Part shown: piece by piece, positions 27,044 to 37,425 of the stretch
Layout of the letters: each line of letters starts with the position of its first letter
Numbering within the stretch: position 1 is the stretch's first letter
Position numbers and translations under genes: made by a program
Assembly: GCA_902802355.1 (NCBI GenBank)
Contig: CADCLU010000002.1
Coordinates: 27,573-91,572 of the forward strand
Source of the DNA: an uncultured Erysipelotrichaceae bacterium
Lineage (GTDB): Bacteria > Bacillota_I > Bacilli_A > RFN20 > CAG-826
DNA length: 64,000 bases
Reading direction: 5' to 3'
Notes under the pieces: model-generated
Told to the model about the DNA's origin: nothing
What the model saw: the letters and a program-made list of their open reading frames with translations, nothing else
The model's database searches: none

Positions 27044-27916
27044 TTACCGGCTATTTGTAAAAACTTTGATGGCTTTTCGGCACACTTCAATTGTGATTTT
27101 TCCCGAAGGGCCCTTTTCGCCGTCAAGGCACCAAAAATCAGATGCTGGCGCTTCAATTTGGCACTCTTTGATTATTAAAGGTTTGACATTTTTGAACGGC
27201 ATGTAGTGTAATAATCCGTTCAATAATCCTTTGTCCGTGAGATAGAGTTCGAATTCCCCATCGTCATAGACGCATTGGCCGTTTACCTTGAATCCTGCCA
27301 TATGGGTTCCGTTCATGATCATGAGGAATGGAGACTCTCCTTCGAGGGTATCTTCGCCGTCTCTAATGACTTTATATGGGATGAGCTTTTTCTTGAAGGC
27401 TTCCCCTACCGCTTTCTCATAGTAGGCGAGTTTGCCGACTTTCCTCTTCCTCTTTCTTTCGACAGAGTATGGGATATCGCTATACGCGCCTATGCAGCAT
27501 GTGTACGCAAAATAATAGGTGTTATTAGAAGATAAGACCTTGCCAACGTCATAGTCCATGGCGTTTTGGTCAACGATGATCTCAACGTCCTTCTTATAAT
27601 CGTTTTTGAGACCAAAGGCTTTTCCGACATCGCCTAGTGTTCCGAAGTTGAGATAGCCGATCGTTGGTCTCTTCTCTAAACCCATGATGGCGGTCAGAGC
27701 GTTATTGAAAGTGCCATCCCCTCCAACGATGATGAGGGAATCATAGTCGCTTCCTTTTTCAGCGATGAGCCTTCTTGTCTCCTCTTTGGAAAGAGTGCAG
27801 ACAGGATCAAGCGTATCGAAAACGGTGAGAAGTCTTTCTTTGACATAGTCGAGCTTGTTCGAAAAGCCTCTTCTCGTTGCGCCGGTATTATGGGAATAGA
27901 TAAGCAACGCTTTCAT
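27044..27916 (-). CDS. DagK/YegS-family lipid kinase
   Basis: LIIVGGDGTFNNAL motif. 290 aa. Confidence 0.75.
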   Translation of the reverse strand: MKALLIYSHNTGATRRGFSNKLDYVKERLLTVFDTLDPVCTLSKEETRRLIAEKGSDYDSLIIVGGDGTFNNALTAIMGLEKRPTIGYLNFGTLGDVGKAFGLKNDYKKDVEIIVDQNAMDYDVGKVLSSNNTYYFAYTCCIGAYSDIPYSVERKRKRKVGKLAYYEKAVGEAFKKKLIPYKVIRDGEDTLEGESPFLMIMNGTHMAGFKVNGQCVYDDGEFELYLTDKGLLNGLLHYMPFKNVKPLIIKECQIEAPASDFWCLDGEKGPSGKITIEVCRKAIKVFTNSR

Positions 27917-27983
27917 TAGAAAAACTATAGCATAAACGCAAAAGAAAAGGACCCTTGAGGGCCCTAGTCATTTGTTTGGTTTT

Positions 27984-29663
27984 TTATTCGAGAGCGAAAA
28001 TGAGAGGATAGATGGTCTGGTTGCCCTGAATCTCAATCATCTCAAGGCTTGGGAAGTCTTTTTTGACAAGGCTCTGAAGACCTTCTTTCATCGTGTCATC
28101 GGCATCCTCACCATAAAAAATGGTGAAGACGGATTTCTCTTCGATTTCCGGAACCTTATGAAGGAGTTCCTTGATGGTGTCCATCATATTTGGGGAAGAA
28201 GAGACGATGTTGTTCATGAGGATACCCATGTAATCGCCTTTTTTGATGGAAATGCCATTATTCAAGGAGTCGCGGATGGCTGGGGAAATCTCAGCGGAGA
28301 TGACTCCTCTCATGGCATCGTTCATGCTTTCGATGCACTCATCGATATCCTGGCCATCGAAACTCGCCATGGAGAGAGCGCTATAGGCTTCGACGACGCT
28401 CTTGGAATGAAGGACATAGACCTTGCTCTTTCCATAGAGCTTTCCAGCTTGCTCAGCGGTAAGGATGATATTGCCGTTATTTGGGAAGACGATGATATTG
28501 TCGGCATTAGCCGCATCAAAGGCTCTGATGAAGTCATCGGCGCTTGGGTTCATGGTCTGACCACCGCTGACGATCTGATTGGCACCCATGTTGAGGAAGA
28601 GCTCGGTAATGCTTGGAGATGGCGAAACGGCGACGATCTGAACGGCCTGACGCTTCTCGTTGACCACGATGTGCTCAGTTGGCTTCTCCTCTTCGATTGG
28701 CATCTCTTTGAGAAGCTTCTCGTTATGCTGAATGGACATATTCTCCATCTTGAAAGTGACGAATTCGCCGAACTTTTGGGCATATTGGATGGCTTTCCAT
28801 GGCTCTTTGGTATGGACGTGGACTTTAACGATGGTTTTCTGTTTGAGGGCGACGATCGAGTCACCGATTCCCTCTAAGAAATGAATCATCTCTTTGAGGT
28901 CAAAGGCTTTTGGATCGCATTTCGAGTTAAGAAGCTGAAGGATGAATTCGGTGCAGTATCCGTAATCAAGGACGGAATTCTCATCGAATGGGATCTTCTC
29001 GTCGGTGGCAACAGAGTTGGTTGGGCCATTGAACTCGGCATCGGCGACTTCTTCGCCAACGACGTATTTGCCCATGCCTTCCATGATGTAGACAAGACCT
29101 GCTCCACCGCTATCGATGACGCCGGCCTCTTTGAGGACTGGGAGAAGATCTGGGGTTCTGTCGAGGGAAAGCCTCATTTCACGAAGAAGATCTTCGAATA
29201 AGGTTTCGAAATCATCGATGTGAGAAAGGTTGTCCATGATATAGACGGTTGACTCACGCGCAACGGTGAGAACAGTGCCTTCGACTGGATGGACAACGGC
29301 TTCATAGGCTTTTGAGGTTCCGCTTCTAAGAGCGCTGGCGAATTGGGTAACGTTAGCGGTCTTGAGATTGCTGAGAGCCTCGGAAATACCCTGGAAGAAC
29401 TGGCTGATGATGACGCCAGAGTTGCCACGGGCACCTAAAAGCATGCCGCCAGCGAGCTTTTCCGCCACATCTCCGATGGAATCGAAGTTGGCGTCTTTCA
29501 TGGCATTAACGCCACCGGTAAGGGTAGCGGCAATGTTGGTTCCAGTATCGCCATCTGGGACAGGGAACACGTTGAGATCGTTGACTTTCTCGTAGTGATT
29601 CTTGAGGTCGCGATAACCGTTAAGAACCATTTCTGAGAAGATTTTTCCGGTAATAGTCTTCAT
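27984..29663 (-). CDS. DAK2-domain protein, fatty-acid kinase subunit FakA-like (YloV family)
   Basis: DhaL motif VPDGDTGTNI, about 560 aa, adjacent to a DegV gene. Confidence 0.8.
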   Translation of the reverse strand: MKTITGKIFSEMVLNGYRDLKNHYEKVNDLNVFPVPDGDTGTNIAATLTGGVNAMKDANFDSIGDVAEKLAGGMLLGARGNSGVIISQFFQGISEALSNLKTANVTQFASALRSGTSKAYEAVVHPVEGTVLTVARESTVYIMDNLSHIDDFETLFEDLLREMRLSLDRTPDLLPVLKEAGVIDSGGAGLVYIMEGMGKYVVGEEVADAEFNGPTNSVATDEKIPFDENSVLDYGYCTEFILQLLNSKCDPKAFDLKEMIHFLEGIGDSIVALKQKTIVKVHVHTKEPWKAIQYAQKFGEFVTFKMENMSIQHNEKLLKEMPIEEEKPTEHIVVNEKRQAVQIVAVSPSPSITELFLNMGANQIVSGGQTMNPSADDFIRAFDAANADNIIVFPNNGNIILTAEQAGKLYGKSKVYVLHSKSVVEAYSALSMASFDGQDIDECIESMNDAMRGVISAEISPAIRDSLNNGISIKKGDYMGILMNNIVSSSPNMMDTIKELLHKVPEIEEKSVFTIFYGEDADDTMKEGLQSLVKKDFPSLEMIEIQGNQTIYPLIFALE

Positions 29664-29693
29664 ATTCGAATTTTCTAAATAGAGGTAAAGGGT

Positions 29694-30590
29694 TTATTTT
29701 TCTCCGACGACAGTGACTTCTTTGCCATAGAAGTAGGCAGAGATGGTTCCAGGACCGGTTGAAGCACCGACGATAGGTCCGATCATGCCGACATAGATGT
29801 CTTTTGGTTTGGCAAGCTTAAGGATTTCCTGTTTGAGCATCTCAGCACCCTCTGGATCGACGATGTGGCCGATGTAAATGGTGCTGTTTTCGATGTCTTC
29901 GCAGCCTTCAACAGTCATCTTGGCGACTTCCTTAATGGATGGGAGACGGCCTTTGACCTTCTTGATGGCAAAGTTATGACCTTTGGCATCGCTGATAAGG
30001 ATAGGTTTGACGCCAAAGAGGTTTCCGAAGAAAGCGGCGGCAGCGGTAACACGGCCGGCGGCTTTGAGGTATCTAAGGGTTTCGCAAGAAGCGACTTGGT
30101 TGAATTTGAGACGTTCTTTCTCAAGCCAAGCACCAATCTCGTCGACGCTCTTTCCAGCGTTGGCAAGCTCTCTGGCTTTGATGCCCATAAGACCCTGGGC
30201 GTAACCAGAAACTAAAGAGTCAATGCAAACGACTTTGCAGTCCTTGTATTTTGGGTTGAGTTTATCGGCAACCTGGTGGGCAACGTTGATCGAAGCGCTG
30301 AGGCCGCTGGAGCAGGAGATGTAAAGGACATCCATGCCCTGATCCAAGTATTTGGTAAATTTGGTTTCGTATTCCTGAACGGTAACGGCAGAAGTATAGA
30401 TTCTTCTACCCTCAGTCAAGACCTTATAAAGCTCTTCTGGCTGGACACCGGCATCCCAGTCAAGGGAAGCAGGGATTTCCTTGCCGTCATAGCTGATATG
30501 CATAGCGCAATAATCATCAATTCCGTACTTCTCACGGAGCTCGGCGTTAAGGTCGCCGGTTGAGTCAATGAGAATGGCAATCTTATTCAT
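29694..30590 (-). CDS. DegV-family fatty-acid binding protein (FakB-like)
   Basis: N-terminus KIAILIDSTGDL, 298 aa, typical DegV length and layout. Confidence 0.8.
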   Translation of the reverse strand: MNKIAILIDSTGDLNAELREKYGIDDYCAMHISYDGKEIPASLDWDAGVQPEELYKVLTEGRRIYTSAVTVQEYETKFTKYLDQGMDVLYISCSSGLSASINVAHQVADKLNPKYKDCKVVCIDSLVSGYAQGLMGIKARELANAGKSVDEIGAWLEKERLKFNQVASCETLRYLKAAGRVTAAAAFFGNLFGVKPILISDAKGHNFAIKKVKGRLPSIKEVAKMTVEGCEDIENSTIYIGHIVDPEGAEMLKQEILKLAKPKDIYVGMIGPIVGASTGPGTISAYFYGKEVTVVGEK

Positions 30591-30966
30591 TTAAAAATCC
30601 TCCAATGGGTTCACTCGAATATTATCGTCTAAAGAGGAAGAAAGAAAATAGGGAAAAAGGAATGAATTTTTGAGCGGAAATTCTTTATGCGCGCGCCTTA
30701 TTAAATGTATGGAAGCAAAAAGTACGAAAATAATAGGGTTTTGCGGAGTTTTTTCGGCAAATCCAGTATGTTTTTCATTTACAAAATAGGAATTGTTACT
30801 TATTTTATTTAGTGGAAAAATATTCATATTTTCTTTACAAGTTACACTAGAAAGAGGAACGGGCAAAGACTGAAAAAATTCACTCAAAAAAGAAAACGCC
30901 TGTAATATTTCCAGCAAATATTTGTTTGGTAGATTATTTTCCACTAAGATATAGAAAGGGTGTTAT

Positions 30967-32346
30967 ATGTTTAAGGAAAGGCAAAAAGAGATCAGCCAAC
31001 TTAAAGGCTTCCTAAGTAAAACCGGCTATGGTGCGTGTCTGGTTTACGGAGATAAAAATGTCGGTAAAAGTTCGCTTGTCCATATGGCCACTAGAGGTGC
31101 TCTGGCAACCAAAGTTTACCTACATATAGACAGTGAGAATAAAGACACCATTCTTAACCATATCAGAGCCAAGTGCATCGAGGCTTTTCCTAATATAGAA
31201 TTGCCTGCCACAAACAACATCTCTCAGCTCATCAAATTCATCTTCGAAAATTCCGTCAATCAAAAAATTATTTTGGTGATTGACGACCTAGCTAAACTTC
31301 TATCTGTCGGCCTTGAAATCATTCCTTTCTTCAACAGCTTCAAAGACCGCTATTCCAAACTCAGCAATATCAAACTAATCGGAGTCGCATCCACACATGG
31401 GTATAAAGCCAATGAGGAATTCTTTGAGGCCTTCTTCAATGAGATCCTCGATATTAGTCCGCTCAATTATCTAGCGGCGTCTTCTTTCTACTCCACCGCT
31501 CTTCTTGACGATAAGCTTTCCTATTACGCCGTCTTTGGCGGTTTCCCGTTATACAACGCGATGATTCAGCCTCAGAAAGGCTTTGCGAAGAATTTAAAAG
31601 ACCTTCTTTTGTACATCGATTCACCCCTCAGACTCAAAATAGAGGGGGATTTAAACGGCTCTTTCGCCAAAAAGTACGAGGCTGACACGCTTTTATGCAT
31701 TTTAGCCAAGCGCAGATTCGGGCATTATGGAGAACTCAAAGACGAATTCAAAGCCAAATCCCCTACTGGCGACTTCGACTATATCCTCAACAAGCTGATT
31801 GAGATGAATGTCATCGAGAAGAAATCTCCTCTCCACTATGAATACGACAAGAAGAAATATTTCTACCAGTTCCACGACCCTCTCTATAACTTCTTCTATT
31901 CCCACGTCTATGAGAACACGATGTCCGATATCCTCCCCGAGGAAATCGACCGCACATATGAAACAGTGATCAAGAAGGAATTCGAGAAGTGCTTCCTCCC
32001 AAGAAGAATCTCCGACATTGCAATGGAATTCCTCACCAAAGAGGCGGCCAGAGGCAAATTCAAAGAGGAAGTCATGCACATCGCCCCATATTTCACCGAC
32101 CCAAGGACCCTCGATTTCGATGGAACCATCGTCGTTGAGACCTTATCCGGGAACTTCTATGTCATGATCAATCCGACGAGGCAGACTTTCGAGAACAAAA
32201 AGATCGATGCCTTTGCCCATGGCCTCTACGAAAAGCAAAAACCGTATAAAAATCTGGTAATTATCTCAAGAGGAATGTTTGCGGCCAACGTGAACCGAGT
32301 AAAATACATGACGTACCGAATGGCATCCCTCTATTCGAAAATCTAA
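30967..32346 (+). CDS. AAA-type ATP-binding protein (archaeal-ATPase/DUF234-like)
   Basis: Walker A GDKNVGKSS, Walker B ILVIDDLAKL, a wHTH-like segment LLCILAKRRFGHYGEL. AT-richer codon usage than its neighbours. Confidence 0.6.
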   Translation: MFKERQKEISQLKGFLSKTGYGACLVYGDKNVGKSSLVHMATRGALATKVYLHIDSENKDTILNHIRAKCIEAFPNIELPATNNISQLIKFIFENSVNQKIILVIDDLAKLLSVGLEIIPFFNSFKDRYSKLSNIKLIGVASTHGYKANEEFFEAFFNEILDISPLNYLAASSFYSTALLDDKLSYYAVFGGFPLYNAMIQPQKGFAKNLKDLLLYIDSPLRLKIEGDLNGSFAKKYEADTLLCILAKRRFGHYGELKDEFKAKSPTGDFDYILNKLIEMNVIEKKSPLHYEYDKKKYFYQFHDPLYNFFYSHVYENTMSDILPEEIDRTYETVIKKEFEKCFLPRRISDIAMEFLTKEAARGKFKEEVMHIAPYFTDPRTLDFDGTIVVETLSGNFYVMINPTRQTFENKKIDAFAHGLYEKQKPYKNLVIISRGMFAANVNRVKYMTYRMASLYSKI

Positions 32347-32355
32347 GGAGTTAAT

Positions 32356-32877
32356 ATGAACGTAGCAGTATTCTTAGGTGCGCAGACCCCTGCGAACCCA
32401 TCATATATCGACCAAGTCGTCGAAGTGGCCAGAGTTATCGGAAAGAAAGGCCACACCCTTGTTTTCGGCGGTTCCGGAAGCGGAACGATGGCCGTTTTAG
32501 CCAAAGCCGCCAATGAAGCCGGCGTCAGAATCATCGGCGTCGTCCCTGAGATCTTCAGAGATCTCGTCGACAAGAACAATGATGTCATAGAATATGTCCC
32601 TAACATGGGAATCAGAAAAGAAAGAATGGCAGCCTTAGGCGACGTTTACGTCATCCTTCCTGGCGGATTCGGCACCCTTGAGGAAATGGCCGACGTCATC
32701 AGCTGGAAGAGAATGGGCATCGTCACCCCGAAAACCATCGTCGTGAATTACAAAGGTTTCTACGATCCAACAAGAGACCAAATCAACAGAATGATCAAGG
32801 AAGGTTATATCAAGGAAACCGTTTGGGAAGATATCACCTTCATCGATGAGGCGAAAGACCTCGAAAGCCTTCTCTAA
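32356..32877 (+). CDS. LOG-family (TIGR00730, lysine-decarboxylase-like) nucleotide phosphoribohydrolase
   Basis: VFGGSGSGTM and PGGFGTLEE motifs. 173 aa. Confidence 0.8.
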   Translation: MNVAVFLGAQTPANPSYIDQVVEVARVIGKKGHTLVFGGSGSGTMAVLAKAANEAGVRIIGVVPEIFRDLVDKNNDVIEYVPNMGIRKERMAALGDVYVILPGGFGTLEEMADVISWKRMGIVTPKTIVVNYKGFYDPTRDQINRMIKEGYIKETVWEDITFIDEAKDLESLL

Positions 32878-32990
32878 ACCTATGATTTGCCTTTATAAAG
32901 GCATACAATATCTTTCAGGTTGCAAAAACTAAACTTGAATTACTAAACCCCATGGGTATTATTGCCTATGGAATAAGGATTCTTACTACT

Positions 32991-34559
32991 ATGGAAAATA
33001 AAAAAGTATTGATCATCGGCGCGGGCCCAGCTGGACTTACCGCAGCCTATGAGTTGCTCAAAAGAAGCGACATCAAGCCAATTATCCTCGAAACCGAGAA
33101 ATTCGTCGGCGGCATTTCCCGTACGGCTGAATACAAAGGCAATCACATCGATATCGGCGGACACCGTTTCTTCACGAAAGACGAAAGAGTCAATAACCTT
33201 TGGGATGAGCTTATGCCAACCCAGGGCCAGCCAAGCTACGACGACAAGATCCTTGGCACCGACAAGAAGTTCGTCGAAGGCGGACCGGACCCAGAGAAGG
33301 AAGACAACGTCATGCTTCTCCGTCACCGCGTCTCCCGTATCTATTTCTTAAGAAAATTCTTCGATTATCCGATCTCCCTTAAGTTCTCAACTATCAAGAA
33401 CATGGGCTTCTTCCGCACGATGAAATGCGGATTCGGCTACCTTGGCTCTTGCCTCCACAAGAGAAAAGAGACCTCTCTTGAGAACTTCTATATCAACCGT
33501 TTCGGAAAACCTCTCTATCAGCTCTTCTTCGAATCCTACACCACGAAGCTCTGGGGCGTTTCCCCGAATATGCTCAGCGCCTCCTGGGGTGCTCAGCGTG
33601 TCAAAGGCCTTTCCCTTACCAAGGCCGTCTGGAGCGCTCTCACGAAGCCATTCAAGAAGAAAGACAAAGAGGTCGAGACTTCCCTTATCGAACAGTTCAA
33701 ATATCCGAAGTTCGGTCCAGGTCAGTTCTACACCAAGCTCGCTAGCGATGTCGTCGCTAAAGGCGGAACCATCCTCTATGAGAAGGAAGTCGTCAAAATC
33801 AACCTCGATGAGAATAACAACATCACCTCTTTGGTCGCCAAAGATGGAAAAGCCTTCAGATGCGACGCCGTCTTCTCAACCATGCCGATCAAAGACCTTA
33901 TCGCCGCGATCGGTGAGGATAAGATGAGCAAAGAGGTCTACGAAACCGGAACCAACCTCCCATATCGTGACTTCATCACCGTCGGTCTTCTCCTCGACAA
34001 ACTCAAAATCCAGAACGAAACCAAGATCAAAACCCTCAACAACATCGTCCCAGACAACTGGATCTATGTTCAGGAAAGAGACGTTAAGCTTGGTCGTATC
34101 CAAATCTTCAATAACTGGTCGCCATACATGGTCGACGACCCAGAGAAACACATCTGGATTGGCCTTGAATACTTCTGCAACGAAGGCGACGAAATGTGGG
34201 AAGCCAAGGATGAGGACTTCATCGATATGGCCATTAAGGAGCTTGTCTCTATGGGCATCATCGAAAGCGAGAAGAACGTCCTTGATTCAACACGTATCCG
34301 CGTGAAGAAAGCCTATCCTGCTTACTTCGGCGCCTACGATAACTTCCAAGTCGTTGAAGATTATCTCAACAGCATCCCGAATCTCTACTGCATCGGCAGA
34401 AACGGACAGCACCGTTACAACAACATGGACCACTCGATGCTCTGTGGCATCACCGCGGTCGATGTCTTCCTCTCCGGCAACCCAGACAAATCCTCGATCT
34501 GGAGCGTCAACACCGAGAAATCCTATCACGAGGAAGACGAGAAAAAAGAAGAGAAATAA
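32991..34559 (+). CDS. FAD/NAD(P)-dependent oxidoreductase (amine-oxidase/UDP-galactopyranose-mutase-like fold)
   Basis: Start [22 protein letters not shown] (GxGxxG), GGHRFF motif. Confidence 0.7.
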   Translation: MENKKVLIIGAGPAGLTAAYELLKRSDIKPIILETEKFVGGISRTAEYKGNHIDIGGHRFFTKDERVNNLWDELMPTQGQPSYDDKILGTDKKFVEGGPDPEKEDNVMLLRHRVSRIYFLRKFFDYPISLKFSTIKNMGFFRTMKCGFGYLGSCLHKRKETSLENFYINRFGKPLYQLFFESYTTKLWGVSPNMLSASWGAQRVKGLSLTKAVWSALTKPFKKKDKEVETSLIEQFKYPKFGPGQFYTKLASDVVAKGGTILYEKEVVKINLDENNNITSLVAKDGKAFRCDAVFSTMPIKDLIAAIGEDKMSKEVYETGTNLPYRDFITVGLLLDKLKIQNETKIKTLNNIVPDNWIYVQERDVKLGRIQIFNNWSPYMVDDPEKHIWIGLEYFCNEGDEMWEAKDEDFIDMAIKELVSMGIIESEKNVLDSTRIRVKKAYPAYFGAYDNFQVVEDYLNSIPNLYCIGRNGQHRYNNMDHSMLCGITAVDVFLSGNPDKSSIWSVNTEKSYHEEDEKKEEK

Positions 34560-34606
34560 CTCTTCCTTAGACGAAATAAAAAGGAGGCAACGCGCCTCCT
34601 TTTCTT

Positions 34607-35575
34607 TTATCTATAGATCAATAGTTTGCGGCTTAGGTAGTTATAGACCATAACCACAAGGGTACGGACCACGAAGACGACAGGATAGATGAAGATGCCG
34701 ATTCCTAAGTTAAGGAAGAAGAAATCATAGAGGAGATACTCTAAGCCGATTCCGATTCCTAAACCGATAGCGGACAGGACGACGAAGAAGATGACACCCT
34801 TCGCGGTTTTAGCGAGGTTGGATTTGCTGGCTTTATAGACCATGTAGGTGGACATGAGGTAGTTGATGGTGACACCAACGATGAAGCCGCAAGTCGTGGA
34901 GATAAGGGTGACATACCAATCGGTTCCGCTTCCAAACACGCCAAAGCGGAAAGCAAAGACGGTAAGGAAATCGAAGACCGCGGCAACAAGACCAACGATA
35001 CCGAAACGGAAGATCTCCCAGAAAAGGTTGTTGGAGTATGTGCGGTTCTCCATGTAGAGCTTGTAGATAAAGAGATCATAGACACCGACAACCATGGCGA
35101 TAGCACCTTGGATCAGGGCTCTAGGAAGAGTCGTGACTGGGACAAGGATTCCCATGACAACGAAGGCAAGAACGCCAAAGAGAGCTAGTATGACAAGGAG
35201 GAAGGCGTTACGGCACTTGTTGCCTAAGATTGGTTTGATTCCACTCGGTCTAATGAAATAGAGAGCGGTCAAAGCGGCGATGTTGACGGCAAAGCCATTG
35301 ATGAGAGAGATGATGAGGGTTCCCTTCTCTCTGATTAAAGGTTCGCTGGCGCCATATTTGATTTCGAATGTCTCACCTGAATTGGCTGGCATCAAAAGGC
35401 TCACGATGACAGCAACGATGACGCCAATGGCGATCGCAGCGGCAATGAGCAAAGCTTCGATTTTGATGTTTCTTGTCGCAGCAGGAACCTCATTTACAGG
35501 GGTTTTGCTGGCGATTTCCTGATTTTTATCTTCGTTTTCCATGATGTTTTTGGTCTTTCCTCTACTTAGGAGCAT
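34607..35575 (-). CDS. GtrA-like membrane protein with N-terminal TM extension
   Basis: The C-terminal half (FRFGIVGLVAAVFDFL...) matches GtrA-type 4-TM flippase-like proteins. Confidence 0.6.
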   Translation of the reverse strand: MLLSRGKTKNIMENEDKNQEIASKTPVNEVPAATRNIKIEALLIAAAIAIGVIVAVIVSLLMPANSGETFEIKYGASEPLIREKGTLIISLINGFAVNIAALTALYFIRPSGIKPILGNKCRNAFLLVILALFGVLAFVVMGILVPVTTLPRALIQGAIAMVVGVYDLFIYKLYMENRTYSNNLFWEIFRFGIVGLVAAVFDFLTVFAFRFGVFGSGTDWYVTLISTTCGFIVGVTINYLMSTYMVYKASKSNLAKTAKGVIFFVVLSAIGLGIGIGLEYLLYDFFFLNLGIGIFIYPVVFVVRTLVVMVYNYLSRKLLIYR

Positions 35576-35688
35576 GACTATTCTAAACCAAATGGCGTAG
35601 AAACCCTAAGAAATCATTTCTTGCCTTTCAAAGAAAGGTAGGTGCAACATTATTAGTGCTAAACGATCCACTCGTTTAAGGTTACCCT

Positions 35689-37422
35689 ATGAACACTGTC
35701 ATTGAACGCTTTTCCAAGTTTGACGAAAGCCTTTGCTCGATTCTCAAAAAGAAATGGGCCCGCTTCGTCACATGGCCAATCGCCATCCTCATTTTGTATG
35801 CCGTCTATTTCCTTTTCATCTACCAGCAGGCGATGTACGACAAAATTGGTTTCAACAGCCAAACATCCATGACGATGTTCATCGTCTTCCTTGTCATCTA
35901 TGAGGTTCTTGTAGCGGCCTATTTCACATTCCTTGCTCTCTCTAAGAGACTCACAACGAGAAAGGCCATCTTCCTTCTCTTCCTTTTCTCAGCCGGACTA
36001 GTCCTCCCATTCTGTATGGCGAGAACCTACAATGACGGCTCATACACCCACGACTATGGCGTGTTTGGCGAAGGCGGACACTGGGCCATCATCTATGACA
36101 TCTATGACGGCAACTGGCCAGGCATCGATTTGACGAACCAGTACTATCAGCCAAAGCTTTACCATGCTGCTGTCGCCTACTTCATGAAGTTCAATTCGTT
36201 CTTCATGCCACATTTTGCAGGTTCCGAGAATACCGTTCCTAATGTTGCCGAGAGCACTCACTTCGTTAACTTCACCTTATTCGATTACACCGCTTTCGAG
36301 ACTGCTAGGATCTTCCTTGCTCTCCAAGGCATCATCACTCTTTACTTCGCCTATAAGGTCATCGTTGAGTTGAACCTCAGCAAACGCACATCGATCATCG
36401 GCGGACTCATCCTCTTCTTCACCCCTGTTTTCTGGTTCATCAGCGCTTATAAGAACAACGATTCCTTATCGTTGCTATTCTCTTTCGCCGCTTTATTTGC
36501 CGCGCTTCGCTATCACAAGACACATTCTTATCTGCCGCTTGTTTTGACCGCGGTCTGCATCGGTCTTGGCATGGAGACGAAGCTCTCCACCGTCGTTGTC
36601 GCTTTCCCAATCGCCGCTATCTTCTTAATCGACCTCATCAAGTTATTCAGAAACAATGGAAAATGGGTCAAAGCCGATAAGAACGCACTCATCAAATTCA
36701 TCATTCAGATGGCTGTCTTTGCCGCCATCGTCTTCCCATTAGGCTTATTCTTCGAAATCTATACAAAGGTCAAATACGACAGACCAATCGCTTATGTGTG
36801 GGACCTTGTTGGAGAATATGGCACCACTTATTTCATGTACATCGATCCTGAGATTTATAATCCTTTCGTAAGATTATTCCTTTTCCCATCACCGGACCTC
36901 TTCTGGAACATGTCGAACATCCGTTATATGGGCGGAACCTACAATTACAACCCAGCCATGTATGAATGGGGAACCATCGACTTCAACTGCTGGACCGCTT
37001 TCATCAAAACCGGTCTCTTCTCTGAGGTTGGCTTAGGAGCCACGCAGAATGTATTTGGCGATTATCAATCCCTCTTCATGATGGTTGTTGGAATTGCTTA
37101 CGCTTTAGCCATCATCACCGGCGTTCTCTTTGTCATCGGCGGCATTATCCTTATCGTCAGCAAGATCATTGATATAGTCAAAGGCAGAGGAGATTTAGAG
37201 AAAGATTTCGCTTTCTATTTCTTGCTTGTTGTCTTCCTTAGCTCCGCCATCTCATACATGGCCTTCTGCATGCGCTACCCAGTCGGATGCACGATGAACG
37301 CCAGATACGCGATGCTTCTATATCTCCCAATTGGATTAACCGTCGGAGCCCTCTTCGATTTCTTTGCAAAGAAAGCGGAGAAAAAGAAAAAAGAAGCCAA
37401 GACTGGCTTCTGGAGTAAGTGA
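35689..37422 (+). CDS. GT-C fold membrane glycosyltransferase (ArnT/PMT, GT39-like), putative
   Basis: 577 aa, more than 10 TM helices with extracytoplasmic loops. Located in a glycoconjugate gene cluster. Confidence 0.5.
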   Translation: MNTVIERFSKFDESLCSILKKKWARFVTWPIAILILYAVYFLFIYQQAMYDKIGFNSQTSMTMFIVFLVIYEVLVAAYFTFLALSKRLTTRKAIFLLFLFSAGLVLPFCMARTYNDGSYTHDYGVFGEGGHWAIIYDIYDGNWPGIDLTNQYYQPKLYHAAVAYFMKFNSFFMPHFAGSENTVPNVAESTHFVNFTLFDYTAFETARIFLALQGIITLYFAYKVIVELNLSKRTSIIGGLILFFTPVFWFISAYKNNDSLSLLFSFAALFAALRYHKTHSYLPLVLTAVCIGLGMETKLSTVVVAFPIAAIFLIDLIKLFRNNGKWVKADKNALIKFIIQMAVFAAIVFPLGLFFEIYTKVKYDRPIAYVWDLVGEYGTTYFMYIDPEIYNPFVRLFLFPSPDLFWNMSNIRYMGGTYNYNPAMYEWGTIDFNCWTAFIKTGLFSEVGLGATQNVFGDYQSLFMMVVGIAYALAIITGVLFVIGGIILIVSKIIDIVKGRGDLEKDFAFYFLLVVFLSSAISYMAFCMRYPVGCTMNARYAMLLYLPIGLTVGALFDFFAKKAEKKKKEAKTGFWSK

Positions 37423-37425
37423 TTA

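Noticed and set aside
27972-28877. 301-aa plus-strand ORF antisense to the FakA-like gene, and similar long shadows at 3589-4251, 6151-6630, 9472-10107, 46873-47418, 47530-48030 and 50802-51725
   Set aside because: These are Asp/Gly/Val/Phe-rich translations typical of the antisense frame of real genes. The opposite strand carries clear motif-bearing proteins.
30591-30944. 117-aa minus-strand ORF in the degV/ATPase intergenic region
   Set aside because: The sequence is very AT-rich and low-complexity (Phe/Leu/Asn/Ser-rich), with no SD and no recognisable fold. I treat it as non-coding promoter/spacer DNA.
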